Source: an uncultured Gemmatimonadales bacterium
GTDB taxonomy: Bacteria; Gemmatimonadota; Gemmatimonadetes; Gemmatimonadales; GWC2-71-9
Reading direction: 5' to 3'
Length of the DNA stretch: 64,000 bases
NCBI GenBank assembly: GCA_963842945.1
Contig: CAWJIM010000018.1
Span: 84,550-148,549 of the forward strand
Made by a program: the position numbers and the translations under genes. Under the pieces are notes generated by a model that was not told the DNA's origin, did no database searches, and saw only the letters and a program-made list of their open reading frames with translations. This document shows positions 63,138 through 64,000 of this stretch, piece after piece. The first letter of the stretch is position 1. Every line of letters starts with the position of its first letter.

Positions 63138-63287
63138 ATGAGACCGATCACACTGTTCTCCGTGTTCGCCGCCTGGGGAATGGTGGGCTGTAGCTCCGAG
63201 CCTACCTCGCCCGAGCTGTCCACGAGCAGCGCGACTGGTCCATGGTGCAAACTGTGGCGCAATCGCTCCTTGAGCCGTGCCGCCTAG
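63138..63287 (+). pseudogene. Truncated lipoprotein start
   Basis: MRPITLFSVFAAWGMVGCSSEPTSP followed by an early stop. Confidence 0.35.
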
Positions 63288-63397
63288 GTCATTGATGGCG
63301 CTGCCTCGGAGGAGGAGACCCGAGGGGAATCTTGGCGAAAGCCCTGACGATCCGCTCCACCACATCCACCATTTGATGAAGCGTCGGGAGTAGCGGC

Positions 63398-64000
63398 TCA
63401 CCGAGATAGAACACCCTCCCCGAATGCGACCGCAAAGGTGAACCTCGGCTTCGCCCTCATCTCAGCGGGACGGCCCGGGAGGGACTCGTAGATTATCGCG
63501 CCATCATACAGGAGGTTCGTGGGAATAGGTTCGGTAAGGGTCATTAGCCACTCTTGCCACTGCTTGCCCGGTGGTGGAGCACCAAACCAAAGCTCGGTAA
63601 TGTCAAACTCAATATTGAAATTCGCGAACGCAGCAGCCGTGAGAACGTTGTGTTTGTCGCTGTTGTAGGAGAATCACCAGTTCCAGAGTCGACTTCCACC
63701 CTTGTACGGTAAGGCCGCTTTGATGATGTCCATCGCCCCCTTACTGCACCGCTCTATCTCTCCCCCTCCCAGCGTTCTCAAAACTCTGCCGGGACTCCCA
63801 AATGGGGAATTGAACAGTGGGGCTAGGTTTGCACCCGCTGGCCAAAGAAACTGATAGACCAAAATGTCGAGAGCAGAGCGGAGGTTGTGAATTACGTCAC
63901 TCGTGATACAGCCCCAATTTAAGAGCGGGAATTCTCGTATGACCTTGGCTCGCCAGACCCGACGCGCTGTATAAGCGGATGCGGGAGGTGAGCACCTACA
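63398..64000 (-). CDS. Hypothetical HEPN-like protein (partial; in-frame TGA at 63674-63676)
   Basis: SDVIHNLRSALD...LPYKGG...LW...YNSDKH, with open frame on both sides of the stop; lower GC. Confidence 0.55.

Noticed and set aside
63674..63676. Selenocysteine or TGA recoding
   Set aside because: Other genes here use TGA as stop, and local indel error explains it more simply.

Overview
High-GC bacterial chromosome window. Gene order and protein style suggest Gemmatimonadota (inference). Bases 1-37.8k are mostly a minus-strand housekeeping run, listed here from high to low coordinate: obgE, dprA, hemW, hrcA, dnaJ, prmA, rsmE, HIT, rpsU, yqeY, mutS2, dnaG, recJ, rsmD, coaD, pta, an RsbV/W/U-like module, rsmA, rex, D-aminoacylase, arcA-like, DEDDh exonuclease, MBL hydrolase, infC, rpmI, rplT, pheST, zapA, rny, folD, xseA. 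tRNA-Val(CAC) lies at 39.1k. From 39.2k to the end is an accessory region rich in secreted lipoproteins (TIM-barrel, Ig/PKD, TolB-like, RCC1, lectin-like propeller). It includes a tRNA(CAT) 3' fragment flanked by integrase arm-type repeats. Many genes, including essential ones, carry single-base frameshifts, most likely assembly indels. The most unusual non-coding signals are: (i) a conserved, structured ~73-nt leader upstream of two paralogous lipoprotein genes; (ii) two homologous ~90-nt hairpins with compensatory stem changes and conserved, mutually complementary 26-nt loops between dprA and hemW; (iii) an L20-leader-like attenuator before a CTG-initiated infC. No CRISPR array, intact integrase or intact transposase was seen.
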